From contig OZ316894.1 of the NCBI GenBank assembly GCA_973895155.1, positions 14,089,680 through 14,153,679 on the forward strand: a DNA stretch of 64,000 nt, written 5' to 3'. A program made the position numbers and the translations under genes. Source of the DNA: Marsupella aquatica (Eukaryota; Plantae; Marchantiophyta). A model generated the notes under the pieces. The model worked only from the letters and a program-made list of their open reading frames with translations, ran no database searches and had not been told where the DNA came from. Below, one piece after another: positions 21,959 to 34,385 of this stretch (position 1 is its first letter; each line of letters starts with the position of its first letter).

Positions 21959-24900
21959 GGTGGCAGAAAGCAGACAAAGCTTCAGGAAGATGGGAAAGAT
22001 GATCCTCGCCCATCATCCCCTATAAAATCTGCACATAGGACGGACGCCCGGGGACATTTATCATGAAAATTGAAGATCCATTCGACAACTCCATGACAGC
22101 CTATTCCGCATTGTGTCCGCCCCATGCAAGCGAGGGGTGTTCAGCCGAGCTTAGTCTAACCATGAATGATTGTTCTGGAAGCAGTTGCGACAATGTTTTG
22201 GTTTTTTTCTCCTATCCAACTCAATAGCTCACAAACATGGCATTGGACCCATTAACAAATTATACTTGCCATCATTCTCAACTGTATTACATGGCCCACA
22301 CTGCTAACGTCCCTGACTCTTAAGGGAAACTCATCTCCTGGGCCAGCAACATCTCAGATTCTACAAAAATGAGAAACTGTGAAGACTTCTTGAACTCCTA
22401 TCCTGTGACTGTAGCATGTATGATTTGCTGGGACTGCAGGCAGTTCTGGATCCTGTTGCGGTTTATATACAGCAGCAACCTGAGCTCCATGAATTTGTTT
22501 TTAATAGACATGCGTTTGACCACGGCTACAACTCCAAAACAATCACCAAATCAAATCATAACAAAACCCACTCGAAAGCTGAACACTAGAACACTGGAAC
22601 ACACTCAAACAGGTTCTGCAAGGATGGCTCTCTGTCGGATCGGCTAGAGAATCAGGCAGGCTTCCTATTACGGTCTGCTCAAAGCCTTACACTCTGGATT
22701 AGACTCTGAATCCAAACGCGAGTCTACGCTTTCCGTTGCTGGTCACAGCGACGGGCAATCAGGATGATGCCATGCCGAGTAGAAGAACAAGAAAGCATTC
22801 CATAAAAGGCACTGAGATGAACCGTATAGTAAAAGTGGTAGTACTTCTGGTAGCGCGACCGACTCGCTATGTGACAGTCCGGAAAAAAGCTGAAAGGCTG
22901 AACTTAGGCGATAGATTCCGTGCTCAATGTGACAGGTTTTTTGAAATGATCAAGCCAAGGTGCAAAGGAAAACTGATTGAAGGTGGCATGGGAAAGTTGT
23001 CAATGCAGGAGAAACTCTTGCCTTAGAGTAACCTTGTAACCAGGTAACAATGCAGGAGAAACTCTTGCCTTAGAGTGCTCGACGCTCCTTCAGCTGGATA
23101 GGGGCAGCTCCAAGTACACGGTCTGGTCCAATCACCGCCTGCTTTGTTACAAGAAGGTGGACTAAGCCACAGCTGACGTCAATCATGCTATAAAAAATGG
23201 ACAGATGAGCCGTGCACAGTAAAAAATGGACAGATGAGCCGTGTCACGGAAGCATATAGTCATTCCTCAATATTAAACGAGACTATGAGAGGGCATATAT
23301 AAGTTCACGACCAGGAAAGAGTCTCACCTTGCAGCACGGAGATTCTCAAAGCGCACCAAGATGAGTCCTTGTAGCAGGTGAATGTTGGGCGGTGTCATGT
23401 AAGGCGCAAATCAATAGCTCGCTACCTCCTATCTCCCCGTTTGTCTCCCGTGCACTTCTACCTCCCCGTCCGACTTCCCGTCTGTCTCCCACGTACTTAA
23501 ATTGAAGTTTTAACAAAAACTATCAACACCAAGTGCAGCAAATGCCAACATATTCACATTGCAGAGCATAAAAGTAGTCACAGTTCATGAATCAGTTCCC
23601 TATCGAATCATGGGCACTACGCCGAGCACTGCGCAAGAGACTGGGATAGACACTGCAAACATGGGGACTTTTGTTTGGCAAGAAATCTGGACATCAAACC
23701 TTCAGCAGCGGCAACGGGAAGCATTACATCAGACGAGTGGACATCAAATGAGCAGTCCAATTATAGGCAAACGGCGACTGACATAGAAGAGGGAAAAAAT
23801 GTGCATTGACATAGCGGACATGCGCGCATTGACATAGCGGAGGGGAGCAAAACTACATAAGCCAAGTGACCTTTTTAAGGCCCACAATTTCAAGGGGAGG
23901 GACAAAGAGAGCAAGCACTCCAATCTCTTCAATCCCTTTCGCAAGTAGCCGCCGAAATCTACTTCTTGGGGTCCAGCCCACGGATGTAGATCATGCAAGG
24001 TGGTCAATCACAGTAAGTGTAATCACTACGCCGAGCACTGCGCAAGAGATTGGGACAGAGACTGCAAACATGGGGACTCACAGGCAAGAAATCTGGACAT
24101 CAAACCTTCAGCAGCGATCGATGGGCCTTAATTCACAGGTCGCCCGGCTCGGTCCCTTGTTGCAGCTCGCCCAGCTCCACAACACCATAGACAAGGAGTT
24201 TGCAGGTCCAGTTTCCACCACGCAGCGTTAGCAAAACAAAAATGCTTGATCTTCGCCCTCCGCCCTCTGCCCTTTGCCCGAACCCCAAAATATCACAAGC
24301 GCAGCTCCAACGTCCAACCGGCAACCCTCCCCCGAGCTTTGTTAGACAAAAATCAGCACAGCACAACTGAGCTCGACGGAAATAAGCTCAGCACCCACCG
24401 CAGCTGAACAAAGCTCACACAAGAGCTCATACGGGAGCTCACTGTGGGAGTAAAAGAAAAATAGGAGGGCCGATGGCAGCCCGCAACTCCCACACCCTGC
24501 TCCTTCACAACTCTGGCGAGCTCCTTTGCAACTCCAATGCAAACTACTATCCACAATTGTAAATGCACATCGATCAGCCAAACCTAAACCCTCCCACTGA
24601 GCTCAGACTCCCGCGCAACACTCCCGCAGTAGCACTCCTGCAACAACACATTGCACAGCACTCCCGCAGCACATTGCACATCCTCCCGCAACACTTTGCA
24701 CAGCGCTCCCGCAGCTCCTGGAGACCTGATTGAAGCCTTGATTGCACACTCTTGAGGCAAAACAGCAGCGCAACCTTGCTAAACCCCTTGACCCTCTCGC
24801 CCTAAACGCTGAGTGGCAGACACTAACCGCAACATTCAACGTTGAGCCTCGATACTTTATGAGAAAAGTAAAACACGACTGAAAGGCGCGAGGGTGAAAA

Positions 24901-25199
24901 GGGTGCAAAGAGCCGTTTGGCGCCAACCTTACTATGACATGGCAGCCCCTAGAGTGATCTCAGCCATCCGGATGAAAAGAGATTGCCTTGAGTGATCTCG
25001 ACCATCAATATGCAGGTTTCATGTTAACCCCAGGCCCCCATTCCCTCTACTTCAAGTGTCTAAATTAATTACACTCCAAGCCTTGTCTAGCCCCTAAAAA
25101 ACTAGTGCTAAGTCATGACTACTCGGCCTTCTCAAAGTATAGCCCAGCTGAGTAAACTTCCAATATGCGACTTTTTGATGGTGGGGATCGATGGACTCC

Positions 25200-25700
25200 A
25201 TCCAATGGTCCCTAAACCCCCCATCCCCTTAACCCTAAACCCCCCACCCTTGACATCTCAACCCTCCACCCTTGACATATAAACCCCCCTAAACCCCCTT
25301 TAGTGAAAACTCAGCCACCCCCACACCTTGACATATAAACCCCCTAAATGTCTTGACAACTCGACTGTGGCCAGACTGTTTTTGCAATGCCACGGGCCGT
25401 TTTAGAGCGCCGCTTGCAAGCTCAGGATCAATGAAGCATGTTGCCTCCAGCTCTCCAAATCCTCCCAAGGCAGCAAACAAGTTAGGGTCCACGGTCCCTG
25501 TTCGTTTACCCTAAATCGCTGCGTCACTATTTCAATTGAGTGTTCTCTGACCCTAAACCCCCTTTACTGACCCCCACCCCCTTGAGACATAACCGGCCCA
25601 CCCTTGGCATATAAACCCCCCTAAACCCCTTTAGTGGTGAACCCCCACACCCTTCGCATGTAACTGGCCCACCCTTGAGCCCTAAGCCCCCCCAAACCCA
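25200..25700. repeat. Degenerate C-rich / telomere-like (CCCTAAA) subterminal repeat block of element B
   Basis: Repeated CCCTAAACCCC and CCTTGACATATAAACCCCCTAAA units, e.g. near 25210, 25233, 25270-25297, 25325-25348, 25551 and 25602-25630. Confidence 0.75.
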
Positions 25701-26057
25701 CTATGGAGTATATTCAAAATTAGGGAATTTCAACATTTACGCCGTTTGTCCGTGTTCAAGTTAGCGGGATGTTGGTAAAGAGGTTGTCAAATGAATTGTG
25801 CCCCCCCCCATATGCCCATTATCAAATTAAAGCCCACAACTAAACCCTACAACCCATCATGTGCTAGAGTGTTCATACATTCACAAAGAAGGGTACTTTT
25901 CATAGTCTTATCCAAAACCAAAAAGCACTCACAGTCTTTTGTAGTGTTCATGTGAACCGTGGCAATGGTTTCGAGTCATTTAAGGTTGCCAAAAAGGACT
26001 TAGTGGCCTTAGTCCTATAAGGTTTGGTCTAAATTGCCCCGGTTTCTACTAGTGGAA

Positions 26058-29000
26058 CTGGATCTGGAAAAGGATGTGGCTGAATTGTAAGGGAACGATT
26101 CTCAACTACACCCCTCCGCTGAGTTTGTGTGACATGAATAGTTCAATGTGGCACTGAAATTGTGACTGTATTCTCATATTGGAATGTCGCAGAGCCACAG
26201 CATTTTCAAAGAAACAAAAGGAGTACGCAAGAAGGGTGACCAGCATTATCTCTGGGCCTGTGCGTCGGAGTGACAGGTTGAGCAAGAAGGTCGTACCTAC
26301 AATGGCAGAATGTGGAGATGACATTGATGCTGCACAGGTGGGTGCAGACACTAGACAAGAAGATGCAGATGATGAGTATTTTCCAGAGGAAATGGATGAG
26401 GATGGGGGTTATGAAGATGAATACATTGCAGAGCAGCCCCAAAAGAAACAGGTAAGTAGTTTTCCCAACAAGGTTTTGAGTTAAAAACTCTTGTTTAGAG
26501 GTTTCATATGTTCAGTACTACACATATGTACCTTGCTTAGTTCCTGACATTGTAGTTGGTGATGTGATGCAGTGTCCTGCCAGTTCTATTTTGCCTTCGA
26601 AGCCTGTGCATGCACCATACCAGCAGGGGGGGCTGACCTCTGATCAAGGTTGGCGAGGTGGTAGTAGTGGTAGATCCCAGGCTGGTGCCCAATACTATGG
26701 CAGGGGGCAAGCTCTAGGTTATGCCCGTGGTAGAGGCAGAGCAGGTCCAAACCCACAATCTCGTGGGTATGGACGTCCACCTCAACCATGGGGATGTGAG
26801 TATATATCTATATGCCAGTTCTTTGTGAAGGCATGGCACTCCTGAATTTCAGACTGCATATCAATTTTTGACATTGTTTGGGATGTATTGGATTCAGACA
26901 ACATGAAATTCTGTCCACCTGCCATTGCATGCAGATTCTGCCCAACCTGATTGGGCAAATGCTAGTAATGATCAGTTCCAATGTCCACAAGGACAGACAT
27001 GGGTTGAACCAGGTTGGGAGGATGGTGGTGGGTCGTGGAATGAACAAGGTTGGGAAGGTGGTGAAGGTAATTGGCAGGGATATCAAAATTCAGTACCTAC
27101 AAACGCTGGAAGAGGGGCAGGTAATGTCTGATCTTGTCAGCAATGGAAGAACTCATTATATCTGGAGTCCATTCACGTGGGTGGGACTCTGCACATGTAT
27201 AATGATAGAAAATGTATGTGTGCAGGTTGGACAGTCGAACCATCGACTCAAGTATTCACTAATGCCCCTATGCAGATGCAGCACGGAAGGGGGACAGGTA
27301 TGTTGGTGAATGTTCAGTTGTTTTCCTACAGTTTGTACTTAGTTTTCAGTACATATGTTTGCACACACATACCTAGAAAGTGACATCATCCGGCCCCTGT
27401 ACTAGGCTGGACAGGTGGTCCAGGGTCGCAACAATTTCAGAGTGCAGTCCCTGCACAGGCATCTACAGGCAGAGCTACAGGTATGTATGTTTGAAGAATT
27501 TTTCTTGAAGTGAAGCATTGAATGTTGCCGTCATCCATTCTGCTATATGTAGTTCTCAAGCATGAATGGCATTGTATTTTCCCAGGTGGCTTCAGAACCC
27601 CAGGTAGGGTGAATGAAGGGGTGGCCAATACAACGCCCAGTACTACAGAGAGCAGTGCACGAGGGGAGGTGACAAAGAAAGGGAACGTAAAGTTGAATGA
27701 GAGACAATGGGTGGATGCTGAGTGTCCTCGCAAGAACCGATGGCATGCTGATTTGAAAGCTGAAGTATTGCGTTGGTTAGATGTGAGTGTTATTAATTTT
27801 AAAAAACAGCATCCAAAAGATTGGAAGACTGTATGTGAAAATGTTGTTGCCAAATGGAATTATGTGGGCAGTGATGATGGCGTGGACATAGGTTGCCTAG
27901 AGAGTACAGCAGGTAAAATCATCAAGCAAGAGAGGTGGAGAGTGCATAAGGCTTGGAAGGAAGGTGGGGAGAAGCCAGATATGCCTCCACCAGCCAGTTG
28001 TGATGATAAAGTGTGGGCAAGGTTAGTAGTTTATTTTGTAACAGATGCTTCAAAAAAGAAGAGTTCACAGATGACCGAGGCCAGGTTGAGTGTTCAGAAC
28101 CCTAATCTGACAGGAAGGACCGGCACTACACCGACAGCTAAACGTTTGGTAAGAATGAATGGCCTAGCTATGTAATTTATGCTACACTATGTACTGTTTT
28201 TTAGTGTAAACCCATACATGTAAACTTTGTTTTTTAGTGTACGTTCCCTGAATATTGATCGATAACTTGTGTTTGCCATGCATGTGCAGAAAGCCCAATT
28301 GGGGCAAAGCCCTTCAAAAGAAGAGTTGAGGGCTGAAATTGTGAACACCCGGGCTCAAGAGGGTGCATCTGAATCCTCCAAGCATGTAAGTTATATGAGT
28401 TCTGATTGGTAATTGAATGACCTGCGTTGAATTTCAGGTGTACACTGTATATAACATTGATTGTGCATATATTGCCCAACATTTCATATGGAGTGATTGA
28501 ACCTATACCCCTGTGTCATGTAGGGAGGTGGATCTTCACTTACAGAGATAAGTGGTCATTTGAAGGCTGTCGAAACATGTCTTCCAGAGATCAATGAACG
28601 TTTGAATTCATTGACTGACTTGTTCCATGTGAACTTCAAGACATTAATGGAAGCTGTTGTGTCGGTGAGAGATAAAATTGATTCCAATTCTGCAGGAGTT
28701 CCACCATCACCACTTGAGGTGGCAAAGTTGATGCACTCTTCTGGCATGCCAACGACATGTAGGCTTGAAGGTAAGGCCTTTACAACTGTGTGGGATATGA
28801 TTATTAAATGTATAGTTTGAATTGACATTGTTTGTCGAATGTGTTATTTTCAGTAACATATATTGTGGTTGATGTGTCCATAGAGAATAAGACAGGTGCT
28901 ACAGAGAAGAAGTATGAGAACCTGGCAAATACTCGCTGTAATTTAGAGGCAACAAAGTTGCAGTCTGTACAAGCAACTTGTTTGACAGAGGGCAGTCAAC

Positions 29001-29680
29001 CATGTTTGGATGAGGATGACATTGGCAAGGGAGTGGATGATATCAATGTTGGGGCAAATGAGGATATCAGCAAGCATGACAATGATACCATTGAGCCAGA
29101 TTCATGCTATGTAGATCTTGACTCCATTGCAGAGATAAATGATTTGCAGAATGTATCATTCTCAATGACAGGTGTGCCTCTTGTTGAGATAAATCCAACC
29201 AAAGAGTTAGTTGGTATGACACTCCTAGGTGATCAACCTGCTACTGTGACAGTCCTAACAGAGGAACCTACTGAGCCTAGCTTCACTACTGTGAAGAGAG
29301 GAAGCATGCGCACACGAAGCAAGCCTGCTAGTGGGAGCAGAGCCACGTCAAAGGTTTCATACAAACCTCCAAGAACGGTGCTGGCAGAAAGATCTAAGGT
29401 GGAAGTGGGGAAAGCACCTAATGCTGAGGGACAAAGTGGCTTGTTAGCTCTTGATGAGAGTGGAACACGAGTAGGATTTGGCAGAGTGCAGGTTGGTTCC
29501 ACAACGTTCCATGGCAAGAGGATTCCCCCAGGTTATTCAGTAGTGTTAGTCACATTACTAGTGAAACCTAAAGCTGTCCTTCCCATTCCAAACACAAATG
29601 ATGATCCTCCTCAAAAGACACTTGGAGATGCTGCAGGTTCTTTGGTATTATGGCCAAGCAAGTTCATAGAGGATCCATAA
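26058..29680 (+). pseudogene. TnpA-like (ORF2) gene of element C, first exon (8869-8952) disrupted by element B
   Basis: Exon-like ORFs at 26179-26484, 27522-28175 (KNRWHADLKAEVLRWLDVS...KQERWR..WARL), 28560-28820 and 28832-29680 (FHGKRIPPGYSVV..LPIPNTNDDPPQKTLGDAAGSLVLWP). They are homologous to 9774-12240. Confidence 0.78.
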
Positions 29681-31075
29681 CAATGTCATGTCATTATTTG
29701 TTTGTAGTGTGAGTCATGTTATGTAGATTTTAGATGTCAAGAAGCAGTACAAGAATCATGTCCTCTTGGAGATTCATAGTATCATGCATGTGCTTTCAGT
29801 TATCTCATCCTGCAGTCATCAATTATGAGTTCCTGTTTTGTCTGAATTACATTGATCACATTGTAAACTATTCCATTGGAATTCAAATGATCTTCATTTT
29901 TTAGCAAGATTGTGATTGTGTTTAATTCTTATGAATGTTTTATGTAGGATCTGCTTATATGATGCTTTGTTTCATGTGGATGTCATTCATGCTATGTTCA
30001 TTTCTTGTATTGAATGTGTTATATTTCTAAAGTTAGAACATCAGTGTTTCTATGTATTGTAATGTCGAGTGCTCTCTCTCCTTATGAACTGTCCCTCTGT
30101 GTTCATTAGTCATGGTTATAACTTGCATGTGAACCTTATTAGTTATAAACATGAGTATATAGAGTCCCAAATGGTTCTATTGTGTGACGCGGGCCAGGGT
30201 CTCCATTGGTCTCTCCTGTGACACTAAATGGTCACACACTAGTCGTTGTTGAATGCGGGTAAGTCATGCATGTGACTTACGATGTGACTCGCTGAAGTCA
30301 TATTGCAGTCACGTCGAAACAAGGCTAGACTCCACAATAAAGTCACAGATCAGTCACAAATGGGTATCAAGCAAGTTGCAAAGCCCAGTATCAATAGTGA
30401 CTACCATTTTTTGGTCTCAACTTTTGCAACTCCAAGGGTCACAGCGTGGGTCAAGTCACGTTGAGTCACAATGAAGTCACATGAGCCAAAATGAGTCACA
30501 TATTGCGGTCTCAGTTCACCTCGGATTCTTCTAGTGACGCACTCCCAAAGGACACAACCTGCTAAACTTTGAGACATGGTCATCTAAACACTATAATATA
30601 TATTCCTGCTATTTCTTTCTCAGTTATGTCATTTTGACGGGAAGCTTCCTTGGACGCTCAATTAAGGTGACATATTTCCTCACCATGAGATGGGCCTGTA
30701 GGTGTCATTGCACACCTTTTCCGCACCCTGCCCCTCACTCTCCCCACAGCTCGCACACTCCTTGAAATCCAGCTGCCAAGCTGACTGGTTGACTCTTTGC
30801 GGCATCTGACAGATTGGCTATCTCAAGTATGCTTGACAACATTTCCACTCAACATCACTTACTATTGAAATACTCTGAAAACCCACAAGCATTCAACTAC
30901 TTTTAGATGTTATTACACTGCCCTAGAATGAAAGGCGCCAAACCTTGAGACATGATCCTCTACAATGACTATCTTACGGTCACAGCGTATTATCATTCTT
31001 ATGGAAATAAGTTTTAGGGATTATGAATGTGATAGTCCAAAACTGCACAGGTGTTTACTATACTGCAGCCCTCTG

Positions 31076-31088
31076 CCCCCCCCCCAAA

Positions 31089-31119
<31 letters not shown>

Positions 31120-31127
31120 CAAAAAAA
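31076..31127. repeat. Poly-C followed by (AAAAC)n microsatellite
   Basis: Directly visible C-run, A-run and about six AAAAC units. Confidence 0.9.
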
Positions 31128-32196
31128 CTGATAGTTATTACAAACCTACCCCAAAAACTAAATTATTTAGTATACTGCCCCCCCAAACTTATCCAGATAC
31201 TTTTAACCCAAATCCCAAGTACTGACCAGGGCTGCGTTCCTATTGGCTGTCAAGTAACCAGAGTCAACAGCCTAAGGTGAAGCTAACTTGCAGCCACTGT
31301 CACACAATCCGTAGCCTTGTTCGGGCCTAAGGTGCAGCCATGCCCAACATCTATTGGGCCCCAAGTGCAACACAATCATCAGGGCCTAGCCCTTGAAATG
31401 ATAAATCAAGTTCTGAGGTTAGTTCAAGTGTCAATAGACTCAATTAGAGCATCTCCAAATGTCTAGGGGTGAGCTACTCAGAAACCCAAATTTAGTCCAG
31501 CCCCAGAAAGCAAAGCTCCCATCTTGGATTCAGTCATCAAAGGTGTCCACTTTCTAGCTGGCTAAAGCAGGCATGGCTGAGTGGTAGCTCATTTGAGTCC
31601 TCGTTTGAGTCACTTGGGATTCATAAGTCTTGGGTTCAAATGTTGTAACTGGCTCTATTGCCTCCCTTTTGTGGGATTTCATGGATTTCCCTTTTTAAAT
31701 TTCTTAATTAAACCACAACTCGGGGTATAAAAGCCCTCGAGTAGGCGAGGATTGTCCCGCTCCTGCCATTACTGCCTCTGTATCTGCCCGCAGGAAGTCC
31801 TTGAACTGTGCGCCTGCTGCCCATCCCCTCTGCCCTGTCTGGCTGCCCTGGCCCACAGGAGTCACCTTGCATAGTCGACGACCACAACAACTCCCCTATT
31901 GTAATCGCTAAACAGTGCACATCCCTTCATGAATTACGAAGGCACTGAAGACAATGTGCAGGAAATGACTCCATGTGGTCCCGTTGCTGGAAATTAATCC
32001 ATGAAGGTTGCACTGGTCAACTCCATCCTTGATCGCCTCCATTGAAAATCCGTCCTCGTGCATCACCAAATCCGTGAAGATTGCACTAAGTCACCTCATC
32101 CCCTCCATTGAAAGTCCATGCTCGAGGTCTCCTCTTGATGCAATCCATGTAAGTTGTTGGACAGGACGCACAAAAAATTGGAATTGTCACCTCCAT

Positions 32197-32830
32197 CATT
32201 AGTAGGAATACCCCCCAATTTTAACCATAAAAAATAACTGACTATGACTAAAACCGGTCATCTATGACTGAAAATCACTGACGTTGTTCTTGCAACTATT
32301 AGTTGTAAAAGTGGTGACTTCGATTGACTTAGTCATATTATTGACTAGTGCCATTAGTCATTTTAGTGACTAGAGGGTCAAGTATTTGGGACCATACATC
32401 TGAACATAAGTGTTTAGAATGACTTAGTTGGAGTCATACGGGGTTTTCCATGAGTGATTGGTAACACTAATTTGACTGCAAACCATAGTTTCCGTAGACA
32501 GTGATGCCATTCATTTTCCAGAGTCATTGATGCCAAACTAGTCACAAAAGCACCAATCCAACTAACTATCATGGTAAAAATATTCACAATATTCACAATC
32601 CATCAAAAAATATAGTATTACATAAGATCATGTACTCAAAATTGGAGCCATATATTGAAACAATTCATAACATTTGAGTCTCAAATAGTACTTGGCCAAT
32701 ACCTAACACTCTACAAATTTCTCTGGCCACATCACAAATGATTCCATAGCATCCACAAGATGGTTGTGTGGCGGATCATCTCCCTTGTTTGGAAAGGGTA
32801 GAAGATACTCCATCGCTATTGATACTCTTG
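32197..32830 (-). mobile_element. Decayed CACTA terminus F with a TnpA-like C-terminal remnant (other end not located)
   Basis: Degenerate TIR CATTAGTAGGAATACC at 32197, followed by dense TGACT/AGTCA subterminal motifs. On the minus strand ~32813-32704 reads MEYLLPFPNKGDDPPHNHLVDAMESFVMWPEKFVEC*, homologous to the ends of ORFs 9774-10367 and 28832-29680. Confidence 0.65.
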
Positions 32831-34385
32831 ATGTAAGTTTAGAGACAAGACGGAGAAGGTGAAGTATAAAGCAAGCAGCATTGTTGACTTTAGGGTCACT
32901 TGACTAGAGACATTCTTTGTTCTTCCTGGTTTTGTATTGCGGTTTATTGCGGTCTGCAGTTCTGTGCTTGCGTATTAGACCATGTTTGTCCAAATCAAAG
33001 GGGGATGGCTGGTGGATAATCAAACAATCCTCCTCCTAAAATAGTTGTCATGGCTGCTGAGGAGTAGCTAGAGGTGGCCCAGCAGTCTCAATTGTCACTT
33101 TAGGAGCTCAGTGTGGACCGATGATTGTGAAAGGAAACTCAATGCAACTTGTCAGTCTCTAGGAATGAGGTCTATCAAGCAAATTGCATTTTAATTTGTT
33201 TGTACATGGAATGACATTGGAGAAGCACCTCACTAGCTTGTCACCAGACGTCTCACTATACATAGCCGAGCCAAGCATTGGGGCAATTTTTTGGAATGTT
33301 TTTGGTGTTTTTATTGGAATGGCTCAAGCAATCAATGACAATTGGAATTGCAGTGTTGTTAGCGCTCAGTACCAATCTGTTGCTTGCTCCAACTATGTTC
33401 AGCATTGTTGTGGCCATTTTTCAATTTGTACCTATGCCATCGAATCCTCTAGCTAATTGAAACTTATGCATGCAAATTTATGATTGCTGCAATTCGGGAC
33501 AAGGACCAAGCTCCAGCAATGCACAAGACCTTCCTTGGCTCAATATGGTGGTAAGACCCCAATTCCCCTGGTCCAAACCAGGGACATCCGCAACCCCTTT
33601 GGATCCTTCACCAATCAAAGTCCTCATGGCTTGCCCTGCCGAGGCCCTCCCTCCTAGCCCCTCTTCTACATTCTCATTCTTTGTTTTTGTCCTTCTCGAT
33701 CATTCATTACTTGTCCATTCCCCTATGACATTCATGCCTTCATGGTCGAGCATACATTCTTGCAAAGCTGATTATTGGATTTTGTATCCCTGACTTGTTG
33801 TTTCATGTACTCAAGATGAACACATATACACCCCTCTTTGACTCTCCTCCAAATAATTGTGCTTTTTAATTCTGAAAACTACATCCCTACTTGCAATTTC
33901 ATGTACCAAGTAACACCTAATAATGTACACCCCTCCAAATAGTTGTGTCCTTCAATTTTATCCTATAAATAATTCCTCAATAAGTGTTGGCTTTTTTTGA
34001 AATGGAAAACACGTGTATAGCCCCTCTTGGAGGAATTTTAGCTCCAAGTCACATGGCTCCTTCAATTTGTTTTTCTTTATGACTAATAGATGAAAACACA
34101 TATAGACCCCTCTTGCAAGAATTTCAGCTCAAAGTAATTTAGCTCTTTCTGTATGTTTAACATATGAACTACCATATGTGACTCTTGGTTCTATATGCAG
34201 CAATGTGGATCCAAAGCAAGGTGTTTCTGTCAGAATGATTGACTTGAATCATAGGACATACCGTTTGAGCTGGCAGGAGCTGAATTAATGCTCCCTCCAA
34301 TGCCCCTCTCATTGAGCGCATGACCACCTTAGCAAAAATTCAGTCAGACTTCCCTGAGTGGTGCAATGTTATCCAATTCTCCCAT

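Larger units (their letters stand above)
8953..26054 (-). mobile_element. Complete CACTA/EnSpm element B (17.1 kb) with accessory gene cassette
   Basis: Perfect 18-bp TIRs CACTAGTAGAAACCGGGG (8953-8970 and 26037-26054) with a 3-bp TSD GAA (8950-8952, 26055-26057). Removing it restores the reading frame ...AKIAE|LDLEKDVAEL of element C. GACT/AGTC subterminal motifs are present, and TnpD- and TnpA-like genes lie inside. Confidence 0.96.
8215..30536 (+). mobile_element. CACTA/EnSpm element C (host element; its 3' part is interrupted by elements A and B; left end outside window)
   Basis: DUF4216-type transposase tail at 8215-8712 and a TnpA-like gene at 8869-8952 joined to 26058-29680. Subterminal AGTCAC/GTGACT repeats lie at ~30160-30520. 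The terminus ...GGTCTCAGTTCACCTCGGATTCTTCTAGTG ends at 30536. Confidence 0.8.

Noticed and set aside
31444-31458. TTA|GAGCATCTCCAA, resembling a Tourist/PIF-Harbinger MITE terminus
   Set aside because: No matching inverted copy was found nearby, so an element cannot be delimited.
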